In this document: one piece after another, positions 20,436-31,200 of the stretch
Numbering within the stretch: the stretch's first letter is position 1
Layout of the letters: each line of letters opens with the position of its first letter
Source: an uncultured virus (IMG/VR IMGVR_UViG_3300025122_000011)
Lineage: Duplodnaviria; Heunggongvirae; Uroviricota; Caudoviricetes
Virus record (IMG/VR): IMGVR_UViG_3300025122_000011
Length of the DNA stretch: 64,000 nucleotides
Strand: one strand, 5' to 3'
Notes under the pieces: model-generated
Told to the model about the DNA's origin: nothing
Seen by the model: only the letters and a program-made list of their open reading frames with translations
The model's database searches: none
Made by a program: the position numbers and the translations under genes

Positions 20436-21049
20436 TAGAAGTTAATCGTCCATCTGAATACGAGAGCGAAGTCGCTGGCTTTTATGATGTTACTGAATTT
20501 TCTGTATGCCACAAGAAGAGAGGCTACAGAGGATCTCCCTTGTGGGTTCTTCATGAACAGCCCTATCTCATTCAGAGGGGCATCAACAGAGTCTCTCTGG
20601 ATGCCATTGGCTGAATCCTCGTCTAGGACGATTGTGTATCGGACAGACGTATCATTCACCCTAGTAACATGGCTGAACGGGATAATGCCAAACACCTTAT
20701 CTGAAGCATCCCCAATAGAACGAATCTGATCAGCAATAACAGTCCTTAAACCCCCTGCTGTTCCAGCATATTCTGCTGCACTTTCAAGACTTCCGCTAAG
20801 TTGAAAGACTGAGCTAGTTTCAGTTTCTCCTGCTCCTGACACTCCTACTTGAAAACGATCAAACTGGAAATCAGTTATATTACTAGACCCTGACAGGGAA
20901 TACAGGATACTAAGTCCAACCCCCATACCTGATACAATAACATTATGGTCATCAAAAAGAATCTCAGATCCTTTAGACTTATCCTTCCAAATCTTTTCGA
21001 TTTGGAGATGTCCTGTTATCCATCTCTGTTCTGCAAAATTTAGATTCAT
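20435..21049 (-). CDS. Baseplate/tail-fibre attachment protein (start probably ATG 21049)
   Basis: NVIV..G...LNEIGLF...LVAYRKFS.IIK..DF.LVFRWTINF resembles tail-collar/fibre N-terminal domains. ATG 21049 follows the upstream stop at 21051. Confidence 0.6.
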   Translation of the reverse strand: MNLNFAEQRWITGHLQIEKIWKDKSKGSEILFDDHNVIVSGMGVGLSILYSLSGSSNITDFQFDRFQVGVSGAGETETSSVFQLSGSLESAAEYAGTAGGLRTVIADQIRSIGDASDKVFGIIPFSHVTRVNDTSVRYTIVLDEDSANGIQRDSVDAPLNEIGLFMKNPQGRSSVASLLVAYRKFSNIIKASDFALVFRWTINF

Positions 21050-21050
21050 A

Positions 21051-22139
21051 CTAGAAAGATAGTCTCCACTGTATTTTACTCTTAAAAGTCTCTCCGGGTT
21101 CGCCAACGCCAAACTGTTCATAAGGAGTAGAAAACTTATTGATAATCCCATTCTTACCAGAATCCTGAGCGAACGTCAGATCTCGTGTGAACACCTTCTT
21201 AGCAAAAAGCTTATAGAGTCTGGTATTATTTAGGGCTGTGAAAGAAAAAGGCGGCGTAATACCAGACGCTAACATAGCCTTAGTATCAATACACCACAAA
21301 CCAATTGCATAGATGCCTCCATAAGCATTTGGCAAAGCAAAATCTCCTCCCGATAAAATTGCATTATATCCAATTTGCCCTCTACCATCACTACTTGAGA
21401 ATGAGGCTGATGTTTGAGTAGCACTTACACCTTGTAATAGGGAGGTCATCCATACACCTCCTGAAGCAGGATATTCCGCAACATGCGCCCCTGAAGCCAC
21501 ACTAGTAACTGTCATGTTCAACATTCCACTACCATCCATCACGTTGTTATCATTGAAGTTACCCTTCATAATATTTGACGCATTAAAGGTTCCAGTGACA
21601 TAGTAATCCATTCTAATCCCACCTGTGGGAGGAAAACATCCAACCCCGATACTACTAATTCCTAATCCATTAGTAGCAGAGAATTGAATAGCATTCATAT
21701 TATGTCCTACATCAGCGGTCACTGCCAACATAGCAATCCCCCTTGGAGTATCCGTTGAAGCCATTTGCAGTCTTCTATCTTCTGGGTGAGGGAACGCAGG
21801 GATTAGAATACCTGTCACAGCAGAGGTTTGGAAACTAGAAGTAGTAACGACCGTATTCACTTGAACTGCTGTTACTGCAACCTGGGTTGCCGACATATCA
21901 ATATCATGAGCAAACTCATCAAAACTATCGTAACCCTTTCCAAAACTCATACCATGAATTGTATAATTAGACGTATCCAAAATAGCTGACGATTCTACCA
22001 AAGCTGACAAGCTAGGAGACATTGTAAGTCCATCTACCAATACCTCAGCACCCCCAACACAAGCCATATTAGAACCCTCAACCATGCTTACCACATTATT
22101 GAGATGATCGTATATTGTTGCTGTTACGTGACCTTTCAT
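21051..22139 (-). CDS. Baseplate/tail protein, distant paralog of the downstream gene
   Basis: KGHV...N....G, AIGLW, LFAKKVF and C-terminal IQWRLSF parallel GHL...NVIV, EIGLF, LVAYRKF and FRWTINF. Confidence 0.55.
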   Translation of the reverse strand: MKGHVTATIYDHLNNVVSMVEGSNMACVGGAEVLVDGLTMSPSLSALVESSAILDTSNYTIHGMSFGKGYDSFDEFAHDIDMSATQVAVTAVQVNTVVTTSSFQTSAVTGILIPAFPHPEDRRLQMASTDTPRGIAMLAVTADVGHNMNAIQFSATNGLGISSIGVGCFPPTGGIRMDYYVTGTFNASNIMKGNFNDNNVMDGSGMLNMTVTSVASGAHVAEYPASGGVWMTSLLQGVSATQTSASFSSSDGRGQIGYNAILSGGDFALPNAYGGIYAIGLWCIDTKAMLASGITPPFSFTALNNTRLYKLFAKKVFTRDLTFAQDSGKNGIINKFSTPYEQFGVGEPGETFKSKIQWRLSF

Positions 22140-25100
22140 TAGATATCAATCACTAGTATTTCGTTACTTTGAAGATGACTTCCCCCGTTATCAGTCTCAT
22201 TCTGCCTATAAAAGTTAGGCCATAAATAGTTCTGCCTATAATTCAATCTAGATCCACCTGAAAACTCCATAAAGGCACTAGTATTAAATGCATCCCTACC
22301 TGCATCAGGCCTTCTAAAGGTAGCTCCTGAGATCTTATTGAAGTATCTAATAATATGATAGACTTCTTCCTTACTAAGTTTTATTCTACGAATCTCACAT
22401 AAAGGATCAATATCCTTAGGAAGACCTGTACTAGTTCCATACACAGGAATCATAGTCCTTTCATTTTGTGTTAGATCAATAAGATTCACTTCATCAAGAA
22501 GAGCAAACTTATCAATGTTTTGATCTGATGGGAGCATAAACACCTCAATCACATAATCCTGGTCTATTCTATGTATTTGATTAGTGTTCTTATAGTAATG
22601 TTCGGGAACACAAATAGGCTTATTCTTAGTGTTAAACCATACAGAGAAAGTCTCAAAATCATCTTCCGAGAAACTCAGAATCACATTTCTCTCATCGGAA
22701 GTCTCATCCAGACATCGTCTGTTCTTTGACCCTGGATCAGTCTTCCTGTCCTTATTCTTCAACCTATGAGTATAAATGAATCTTTCAAAGAGTAGTTCTC
22801 TATTTAGATCATCACTATTTACATACTCCCAAAGGCCTTCTTTGTTTAGAGACCAGAAGTATCCGCCCTCAATAGCAGTATGAACCCAAACTCCCATCCC
22901 AACCTGACCCACTTTCATTCCATCATTAGTTCCTCCTGAATACTTCACATCAAAGCGGAACTTGTGATCTGGAACTAGGAAATTCTTAAGAACTGACACC
23001 ACCGCAGTAACCGCGACATCAGCCCCCTTAGTGCTGTATTGAATTCTTGGAAATCCGTCAACAGATCTTAGTTTTACCATCGGATTATCAATAGCAAAAT
23101 TAGGATGATCTGTTTTACTAAAAGACTTGTCTATATTGTAAAACGTAAAACTGTTGAATGGAGATGAACCAGAAGTATGAATTAACTCCACACCGCTGAT
23201 AAGAGTATTATTCCTCATCTCACCAAATGCAGAAGAAGAGTAGTTCCTTGACGATACCGCAAGGCTAGAAACTCCAACATGGAAAGTAGACGCAAAAGTT
23301 GCCGTAGCTCCGAGATCGAATAAGTTCTGACCTGGGATAAGAGCAGAAGCAGATTCTGTAGAAGACGCAACAATATTAGGAAAGTGAGATAAGGCCCTTC
23401 CATACTCATCAAATTTAGAACTATTGAATACTGACCCAAAAGCATGAGCTAGAACATGGGCTCCATCTGTATCCAATACATTGAGTCTTGTATTATGTCT
23501 ATTGAAATGCTTAGTGTAATCTTTGTATAGTTGGTGAATTCCTCTAGAGAAACTGAACTCTTCGTAATCCTTTTGAGAATCTGGGGAGGCTCCACTAAAT
23601 TCTGTCGCACTATTAGCCCAGCTTTGAGCATTATCCTTGTAGTCGAAAGTTCCTACGTATTGATCGTATAGAGCACTAACAGAGGATGCTCCGATTAGAT
23701 ACTTACGCTTCTCTCCAATTGAATGCATTACTGCGATAATTGGGTCTAGCTGACCTCGATCAACATACCTATCCGCACTGGCTGCATACTGGGTATTCTT
23801 GGCATCTGACCCTAGCGCACTTAGCCCTCGACACGGGAACGTAGTGCTTACGTCCACCCCTGAGAAGGTATTAGACGAGTCTAGAACTTGGCAATGACCA
23901 TAGACTGTTGGAATATTATCATAATCAGCAATAGGCATGAAGATACCTGCCGATGGAACATAGCCCAAAGGAAGAAATCCTAGAGATGACATCGTTAACC
24001 CAGCGGCAACCGCAGTCAGAGAATGTTCAATTGATGAGGGGTTCCAAGTTAGAGGACCATTGAATCCAGTCCTGTCGTAGTAGCCATTTCTAGGCAAAAT
24101 AAACTTGAAGTCTCTTCTACGAAAAGAGTTTCTAGGAAAATCTAGAGATCTTGTATCGTCAGCTAAGGCATCATCAACATGATTTACGTCTGCTCTAAGG
24201 AACGTCAAAGGCATAGACACCCCATAACGCATCCTATTAGCAAAGACTGAGCTTACACCATGTCCTGATGTTTCTGCAAAATTAGAATCTTGTCCTAATG
24301 CCAGATACTGGAAGAGGACCGAAGACTGGTCATACTCATCAGTTGTTCCTAGAAGTAACCTAGAATCCTGGATTGCGTGGGCAGGAGAAAAGTCCTTAGC
24401 TATAGCAAATGCAATGCTTGGAGCGTGCTTAGAATCTGAATCAATTGTGTTCTTAGAGAAGTCGAAACTTGAAGCTTCAAGTAACAACTTATAATGTGAC
24501 GACTTGCCGCTCCACAAACTGAGGAATTCAGTCCTATTCACAGAGATACTATCGAGGACCCTATCCCAGTTAGTAGGATAGTTCACTGCCGATGTAAACA
24601 TTAGCCAACCATTGTTCTCTCTAATGTCATCATTAGCTCTAGTAACGTTGTCTCTAATATACTTACCAACTTCAAGGGCAAACGCTTTCCTAACTCCAAA
24701 GCAAGCTAGTTCATCTTCTAACTTAGCAATCATCCTTTCATGCACTTTACAGTTAGCATAATAAGGAGTCTCTTCCCATGGAGGTAGATTCACCGTCCTT
24801 CCGCGATAATTGAAAACGAAATCGGAACTGCCAGTCGGGAATACCTTCCCACCAAGAATAAATAGCTCTGGGTAGAAACTGTGCAGAGTCTTCATGAAGT
24901 GGTCAACAACTAGACGTAGGTTATCATCTATGCTACTGGGAGAATATCCATTCACTCCCATGAATTGTGCTTTGTCCTCAGTCCAAACTGACAGGTCAGT
25001 AAAGAAAGATGACTCAGTAGCCAGAGCGTAGTAGATCAAATGTGGAATGTAGGATTCCCATAGTTCGTGAATATTGCTAGAAACATCGAACACATTTTTT

Positions 25101-26233
25101 GCAAATACGGAATCAACTGCAATTTGAATAGACTGCTTAGTTCCTGTTCTCTTGTAGATGTCCACCGCATTGAAAAGTTGTATCCTCCATCTAGAAGGAT
25201 CATATCCATACAGTTTCCATCCAATGAGATTTGCTAGCTCTGGGAGAAGCTCATCAGGGCATCTCTCAAGATCATACAAGATCTCAAGCTTTTCTATATC
25301 CTCATTCACATCCATCATTGAATATGAGAATGCTCTCAACAGATTATAAAATGGCCCTTTAGCTGTTCTATTTACTAAGAATTTGGCATTGACAATATAA
25401 TCATCTATGGCATCTTTTACTACCACATTACCGTCGTCGATAACGGCAGGAGAATAAACCACATCAATCATGGTCTGCCACTTATCTAATTGCTGAGTTC
25501 CACTAGTGTATATGCTACTAAGAGAAGTATCCAAAGTTCCTGATGGTAAGAAGCCAGCAGGAATCGCGCTTAGATTAGACCATGCTGTACAAGTCTCAAA
25601 GTTCTCAAAGATATGCTGAGAAAGACCCTTCAGACAATCATTCAGATCAATTCGATTACCTCTGAACATATTGTTGATTAGGAGATCCTTTACAATACCG
25701 GATGCCCCATACAAACCATCCCCATCTCCTGAAGTGTTCAAGAAGTAGAGCCAAGACATGTTGGTAATCAAATACTCGTGAATAGCAGAAGTATCAGATC
25801 CTACACCTGTAAATGTAGCGGTAGGAAGGTTGCATTGCACAGAGGATAGAAACTCATCTAAGTAAGACGAGAAATCAGAACTAGTTTGAAACTCAGAAAG
25901 AGTTCTCCCCTGAGGGAGCATGATCTTGTTTTCAAAATCCTTTGGGGAAATCTTTGTTAGCCCATTCTGCTTGACAAAGAACTGTCCCATGCCAGAGACA
26001 TTATCCATTGCAGAATACTGATTAGTAGTCTGTAGAGCACTAACGAATACGAAAGAAGTAACGTTAGCTAGAGTATGCAAATGGGCATTGATAATCTGAG
26101 ATACTGGATCAACGTGGGTTCCACTTAGGTTCAGATCTTCATCAAAATAAGTATCAGGAACGATCAACTCCAAGGCGTTGATGAAACTTATCTTATCGTA
26201 ATTCCTCTGTGTTTGAGAAAACTTTTGACCCAT
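22139..26233 (-). CDS. Large baseplate wedge protein (gp7/P2 gpI-like core)
   Basis: LYDLERCPDELLPELANLIGW...WRIQLFNAVDIYKRTGTKQSI is a gpI/gp7-type motif; follows the gp6-like gene. Confidence 0.75.
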   Translation of the reverse strand: MGQKFSQTQRNYDKISFINALELIVPDTYFDEDLNLSGTHVDPVSQIINAHLHTLANVTSFVFVSALQTTNQYSAMDNVSGMGQFFVKQNGLTKISPKDFENKIMLPQGRTLSEFQTSSDFSSYLDEFLSSVQCNLPTATFTGVGSDTSAIHEYLITNMSWLYFLNTSGDGDGLYGASGIVKDLLINNMFRGNRIDLNDCLKGLSQHIFENFETCTAWSNLSAIPAGFLPSGTLDTSLSSIYTSGTQQLDKWQTMIDVVYSPAVIDDGNVVVKDAIDDYIVNAKFLVNRTAKGPFYNLLRAFSYSMMDVNEDIEKLEILYDLERCPDELLPELANLIGWKLYGYDPSRWRIQLFNAVDIYKRTGTKQSIQIAVDSVFAKNVFDVSSNIHELWESYIPHLIYYALATESSFFTDLSVWTEDKAQFMGVNGYSPSSIDDNLRLVVDHFMKTLHSFYPELFILGGKVFPTGSSDFVFNYRGRTVNLPPWEETPYYANCKVHERMIAKLEDELACFGVRKAFALEVGKYIRDNVTRANDDIRENNGWLMFTSAVNYPTNWDRVLDSISVNRTEFLSLWSGKSSHYKLLLEASSFDFSKNTIDSDSKHAPSIAFAIAKDFSPAHAIQDSRLLLGTTDEYDQSSVLFQYLALGQDSNFAETSGHGVSSVFANRMRYGVSMPLTFLRADVNHVDDALADDTRSLDFPRNSFRRRDFKFILPRNGYYDRTGFNGPLTWNPSSIEHSLTAVAAGLTMSSLGFLPLGYVPSAGIFMPIADYDNIPTVYGHCQVLDSSNTFSGVDVSTTFPCRGLSALGSDAKNTQYAASADRYVDRGQLDPIIAVMHSIGEKRKYLIGASSVSALYDQYVGTFDYKDNAQSWANSATEFSGASPDSQKDYEEFSFSRGIHQLYKDYTKHFNRHNTRLNVLDTDGAHVLAHAFGSVFNSSKFDEYGRALSHFPNIVASSTESASALIPGQNLFDLGATATFASTFHVGVSSLAVSSRNYSSSAFGEMRNNTLISGVELIHTSGSSPFNSFTFYNIDKSFSKTDHPNFAIDNPMVKLRSVDGFPRIQYSTKGADVAVTAVVSVLKNFLVPDHKFRFDVKYSGGTNDGMKVGQVGMGVWVHTAIEGGYFWSLNKEGLWEYVNSDDLNRELLFERFIYTHRLKNKDRKTDPGSKNRRCLDETSDERNVILSFSEDDFETFSVWFNTKNKPICVPEHYYKNTNQIHRIDQDYVIEVFMLPSDQNIDKFALLDEVNLIDLTQNERTMIPVYGTSTGLPKDIDPLCEIRRIKLSKEEVYHIIRYFNKISGATFRRPDAGRDAFNTSAFMEFSGGSRLNYRQNYLWPNFYRQNETDNGGSHLQSNEILVIDI

Positions 26234-26234
26234 G

Positions 26235-27806
26235 CTATACTAGAACTACATTAATTGTGAGGTTATTCAATTGGATAATCTCATTGAAATCGATAGGGAC
26301 ATTAGTTTTCAAATTATCAATAGTAGAAAACCTAACATCATCGATTGCAAATATTTTCCTGTTTAGATCCTCCAAAAGGAGAGATTTACCAAAATCATTA
26401 TTGTCAACAGAGAAGAAACTTTGGATAGCATCCCTGGCTTGCAACTTGATACTTGCTTCTTTCCCTCGTAGTTCCTTATCAATTCTCAGGGTAACAATCA
26501 AATCAAGAGTTCTAATCAGACCATCAAGGATGACAATCTCGCTAGTAAGCATCTTCTTCAAATTCATTTGATCAAGCATATCTAACTTGAACTGTGGAGT
26601 GGCGCGTCTTAGCTGAAAGTCATTAGCCTTCTCTAGGACAAAAACATCAATAATATTCCCCGAGCTAAATGCCCGTCTAACCGAAGCCGTAACCTTGCCC
26701 ACGTTTCCGAATCCTCCTATGTAGGTGTTTCCAAAGGTTTTGATATCTTGCAAGGTTACAAGACGATCTTGGCGTCTGAACGTTAGCGGAGCATACTTCT
26801 TAGCATGTTCCACAGTTTCCGCATCTGCCCCACCTGTCCCTTGAGAGATATTCTCTACTCTACCTATAGTAGGAATGGTTGCATTTATTAGACTATTCTT
26901 TATATTGCCTCTACTTCCTCCACCCACTCTGTAAAATATCGTATACACATCACCATCTCTAGGGGACTGTCCAAGTTTATTGTCACCGAAAACTACCGTT
27001 CCAGCGAAGTCATCGTCAGACACTACTTGGAATACTTTATCATTAGATCCAGATGCAAAGAAGATGTTTTCTACTTTTACATAAGCTCCACTAGTATTTG
27101 AGTCTCCGTCAATAAAGACTTCGACACTACCCTCTACTACAGGCGATTGGGTCATCTGCACAGTCTTTACTAATTCCGTAGAATCAAACGTCCCAGTCTC
27201 CTTTACTAAAGCTCCCTCCTGTAGAACTACATTAGTGAATATCTTGTTAGCATCACCATCGTCAGACTCTGCCTGATACAAACGAAAACTTCCATCTGCA
27301 ACTACAGTATCCACTCTACCATTTACAGTTTTATACAAAGTAAAAGCTAAATTCCCTCCATCCTCTGGCGAAGCAATATTGTATGTCCGATACGTGGCTG
27401 GGATAAGAACACCCTCGTCATCCACTCCTGCGTCGGCGTCGATAGTAGCCTTAGCATCTGCCACGGCGGCGATAGGGCCTCGTAGTGAAACTCCTACTAA
27501 TTGAAGTAGATTCTTTATAGAACTTCTAGAACTAGCAGTTCTGATTAGATTTTCATTAGCATTGAAGTCTGCTTTATGAACATTGATAGCTCCCACATAT
27601 GAGAATAATTCAGTAAGCATAATCCCCAAATCAGACTCGTTGAAATTCTGAAAGTCCAAAGGATAGACAGCTTTCATATATTTGATTAGTGCTGCCTTGA
27701 TAGAATTGAAGTCCTGTGCTGTGAAATCTATTAGAGACTCTCTCTTCTCGTCGTTTATAGCTGCCAACTTCAAATAGTCGGATTGAACGTTTCCTGAAAA
27801 GTTCAT
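26235..27806 (-). CDS. gp6: Baseplate wedge subunit (gp6 / baseplate J-like)
   Basis: DFTAQDFNSIKAALI, DFNESDLG, VFGDNKLG, YRVGGGSRGN and GGADAETVEHAK.YAP..FRRQDRLVTLQD. Confidence 0.92.
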   Translation of the reverse strand: MNFSGNVQSDYLKLAAINDEKRESLIDFTAQDFNSIKAALIKYMKAVYPLDFQNFNESDLGIMLTELFSYVGAINVHKADFNANENLIRTASSRSSIKNLLQLVGVSLRGPIAAVADAKATIDADAGVDDEGVLIPATYRTYNIASPEDGGNLAFTLYKTVNGRVDTVVADGSFRLYQAESDDGDANKIFTNVVLQEGALVKETGTFDSTELVKTVQMTQSPVVEGSVEVFIDGDSNTSGAYVKVENIFFASGSNDKVFQVVSDDDFAGTVVFGDNKLGQSPRDGDVYTIFYRVGGGSRGNIKNSLINATIPTIGRVENISQGTGGADAETVEHAKKYAPLTFRRQDRLVTLQDIKTFGNTYIGGFGNVGKVTASVRRAFSSGNIIDVFVLEKANDFQLRRATPQFKLDMLDQMNLKKMLTSEIVILDGLIRTLDLIVTLRIDKELRGKEASIKLQARDAIQSFFSVDNNDFGKSLLLEDLNRKIFAIDDVRFSTIDNLKTNVPIDFNEIIQLNNLTINVVLV

Positions 27807-28270
27807 TAGTTTATTTTAACCTGAATATCAAATTGAGTGTTAACTTCTTCTTTGATCCTTAGCGTAAGATTAATAATCAAAGCTTGAAGCCCTTCTGCTC
27901 CGTATTCATCTAGAGGATTAACAACTAAATTTACAATTTTAACCCTAGGTTCATACTCAGTGATTGTTGACATAATCTCAGTTCGGATTAAATTCCTTGT
28001 AATCCCATCCAAAGGCTCAAACAAATACTTCTTTAGAGAGACTCCGTAATCAGGGAGCATAATTCTCTCTCCTCTTTCAGTACTTAGAAGCTGACGTATA
28101 TTGTTATAAATTAGCTTCTTACCTGAGATTTTATTGAAGAACCCTTTACCCTTCACTGTCCCCAACGGATAATCAAATCCATAGACCTTTTTCACCTTAC
28201 CGGCAATAGCCCGAGCAAACGGTTTATGAGGAACAGACCCATAAGTAGTAGTAGATGTATTTATAGCCAT
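27806..28270 (-). CDS. gp25: Baseplate wedge subunit gp25/GPW
   Basis: NIRQLLSTERGERIMLPDYG.SL..YLFEP...I..YEPRV. Confidence 0.93.
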   Translation of the reverse strand: MAINTSTTTYGSVPHKPFARAIAGKVKKVYGFDYPLGTVKGKGFFNKISGKKLIYNNIRQLLSTERGERIMLPDYGVSLKKYLFEPLDGITRNLIRTEIMSTITEYEPRVKIVNLVVNPLDEYGAEGLQALIINLTLRIKEEVNTQFDIQVKIN

Positions 28271-31200
28271 TACAATATAGTTAGGTAAGAAGTGACTAGA
28301 GCATCTCCTAGTTCTATCAAGGAAGAGGCATCCAAATCTCTATTATTGTCTTCTAGAGTAAAGGCACTTAAATCCACGTTAGCTGCTAACTCTATATCCC
28401 CTGTCACCGAGAGTTGTGTAGCTCTAATGGTTGCTGTGCCTTGCCCATCAGTATCTTCGTGAATTACAGTTTGAACAAACGGAATGGATGTTGAATCTAC
28501 CCAATTCGTTGCGGTTAGTTGATGCCTTAGCCTATAAGCAAAGTCCTGAATATTCTGATCGAAATCGGCAGCAGCGGTATTACCGACAGTTGGTTTACCG
28601 AGAGCATCCGATTCTCCGTTAATATAGAAGATACCACATACCTGTAATAGGTCGTTGCCTCTAGCCTTTAGGAACGGTTCTCCCTCACCCGTGACAGCTA
28701 AACCTTGAACCTTTGATAAACCCGAATCCCCTGTTGAGGAAAAGATCATATTGAATAGGTTTCCACTGGCGTCAGCGGCTAAACTTGTTGTAGACCAATC
28801 ACTCCTCTCCACCCCAGAGTAACTACCTCCAGCAGAAGGTTCAAGGTATGAACCGCTAACTCCCATCTTGGCAATGTAAATATTCTCATTCGGATATTGC
28901 ACCGATAGAGCACTGGCTAGCGATAGTTCTGGGCCGAACTTGGTCTGAGCCCCCCATGATGTATCATAACTTTTATTATTGTATCCCGCTTCTAGGTTCT
29001 CCCAAATCCTATCAGGAGAGGTTCTGTTATTCCATATAAACACGTTATCATACTTCACAGAAGAGTAGGCTGAATTTATATCTGGAATACTGGACAGCAT
29101 AGCCTGACCCGCACAATTTTCACCTCCTAGAAGTAGGAATAATCTTCCTGTCAAATTGTCTACAGTTCTAACATTCTTGAAGAAAGACTTTTGAGCATTG
29201 AAGTTTTGATTGATTTCCACGGGATCCAAAGGTCTAGTGTAGAATTTCATCCCGCCCATATGACCTCTTAGACCACTTCGGACTCCACCATACTTTCCAC
29301 CCATGAAGTTACCAGAAGCAGCCCCAGATGCAAACCCGTCAGTATATCCACCACCAACAATCCAAGGAGTGAAGAAGGGGTTCAATCGTGGACCAGCACC
29401 CAAATCAACACCAGCAGAAGAACCTACATTTATTCCTGAATATTCAAAACTGTTATCCTTGTAAAAGGATGGAAGCTTGGGAGGTTCATTATTGGGAGAC
29501 CCAAATACCGCAGTAATGCTGGAAGTAGCCATTAAGGTAGAATCTAGATACACTTTAACCTCTCCTTCTTCGGGAGCTACGGTTAGGGTAATATTCATAT
29601 ACTCCTTTGCAACATCCATAAACCTCAGACCATTTACAGTCGAGGTTACATTCATACTCCAATTATTCCAACCTGGACCTGATGGGCACACGCCTGCCCC
29701 TGAACTAATAAATCCAGCACTAGAGCTATCAAAGGATTGCGTAGCAGCCAGATAGAATCCCAGGCCTGCGGAAGTGTTTACCGTAGTCTCATTGCTTGGT
29801 TCAGAGTTAGTTACAATTCGGTTATCCCTAGTGAAGCCCATCACAAACCCACGAACTACACTATCTCCCTGATCCAAGAGCATTCTAGTCACAGAAGCTT
29901 GAGGATTAATACCACTAGCAATACCTACATTCTCATTAGCCAAAAGTAACCTGTGCTGAGAAGACACTCCATTGTCTAGCCAGCCATGTTCGGGGTCCAT
30001 AAGGGTAGGAACATGAGTCCACAGATCAATAGTGAATCCTTTCTTACCATACATGAGATCCTTGAATTCTGTAGTATCTGGTAGTCTAGCAAACCCTCCA
30101 ACAGCAGATGCTTGATAAGGGTCTAATGACGATGCTTGGTGTTTTGTAACTCCTTCGAAGAATGGCACTCCAAGCCCTTTGGTAAATACTGTAGATGCTT
30201 CTTTAGATACTATCTGACAGTTATTATAATCGGACTCTTCGGATGAGTTGTTAATTAGGAAGAGTGGAGATGATGGGTCCACAACCTCTGAATCTAGGAA
30301 GTTGAAAAGACCAATTAGATTTTTCTTTACTACTGAATCAGTTACTGCGTAAGGAACTCCTATCGTAGCTGACACATTGGAAGTATCGTATACTACTTCT
30401 CCCAACCCTACAGGAGGAACTAGAAGATTATCAAATGTGGTGAACTCCCGATTCTCAGTAGCTACCACAAACTCAGGCTTCAGAGGTAGAACTACACCTG
30501 AGATATCGACTTGGCTTAGAACTAGTCTCTGCTGCTTGGAAAGAGCTACAGCTATATTCAATTCTCTCAGATACGAGAAATCATTAATAGGGATATTTCC
30601 TTTACTGAATCTAGCTCCCTTTCCATAGATAGACGGAGCCTTGACAGCAATTTCAATCTGCTTCTTTCGCCTATTGACCTTGTCATCCATTAAAGCTTGC
30701 TCTGATAGGAGAGCTTGTTTGGTATTATCAATGATGGCTAGGCTTCCTTGCGTATCAGACAACTCAATGATTTGTTGTTCCATATCAGAGATCTTCTTAT
30801 CCCTCTGCTCAAGTAAAACTGCTAAGAACCCGTCCTTATCGTAATACTCCTGAATATGGGAGCTATTGTCTATTAGATTAGGATCAAATATGGTTCCAAC
30901 ATATTCACGAAGATCATCATTGCTAATGGCAACCCCCTTGCCTCCAAGGTTAGGGTCATAATCAAACTTCCATCTATCCCCATCCTTTAGAGTAGTTTGC
31001 CTTCTTTTCAACTCTCCTAGAGCTAGCTCAAGTCCATCCTCTTTTTGAGAGTCGAAATACAAGCCATCCACTGATAGAAGGAATTGGCCCTTGACTGATT
31101 TTGGTGGCCCAAAGATCAATCTGAACACCGGAGCGTCTGGCTCCTCGTCTGGATCTTTCTGAACCAGGAAATGATCTCCTATGAGATCCTCCCACTTCTT

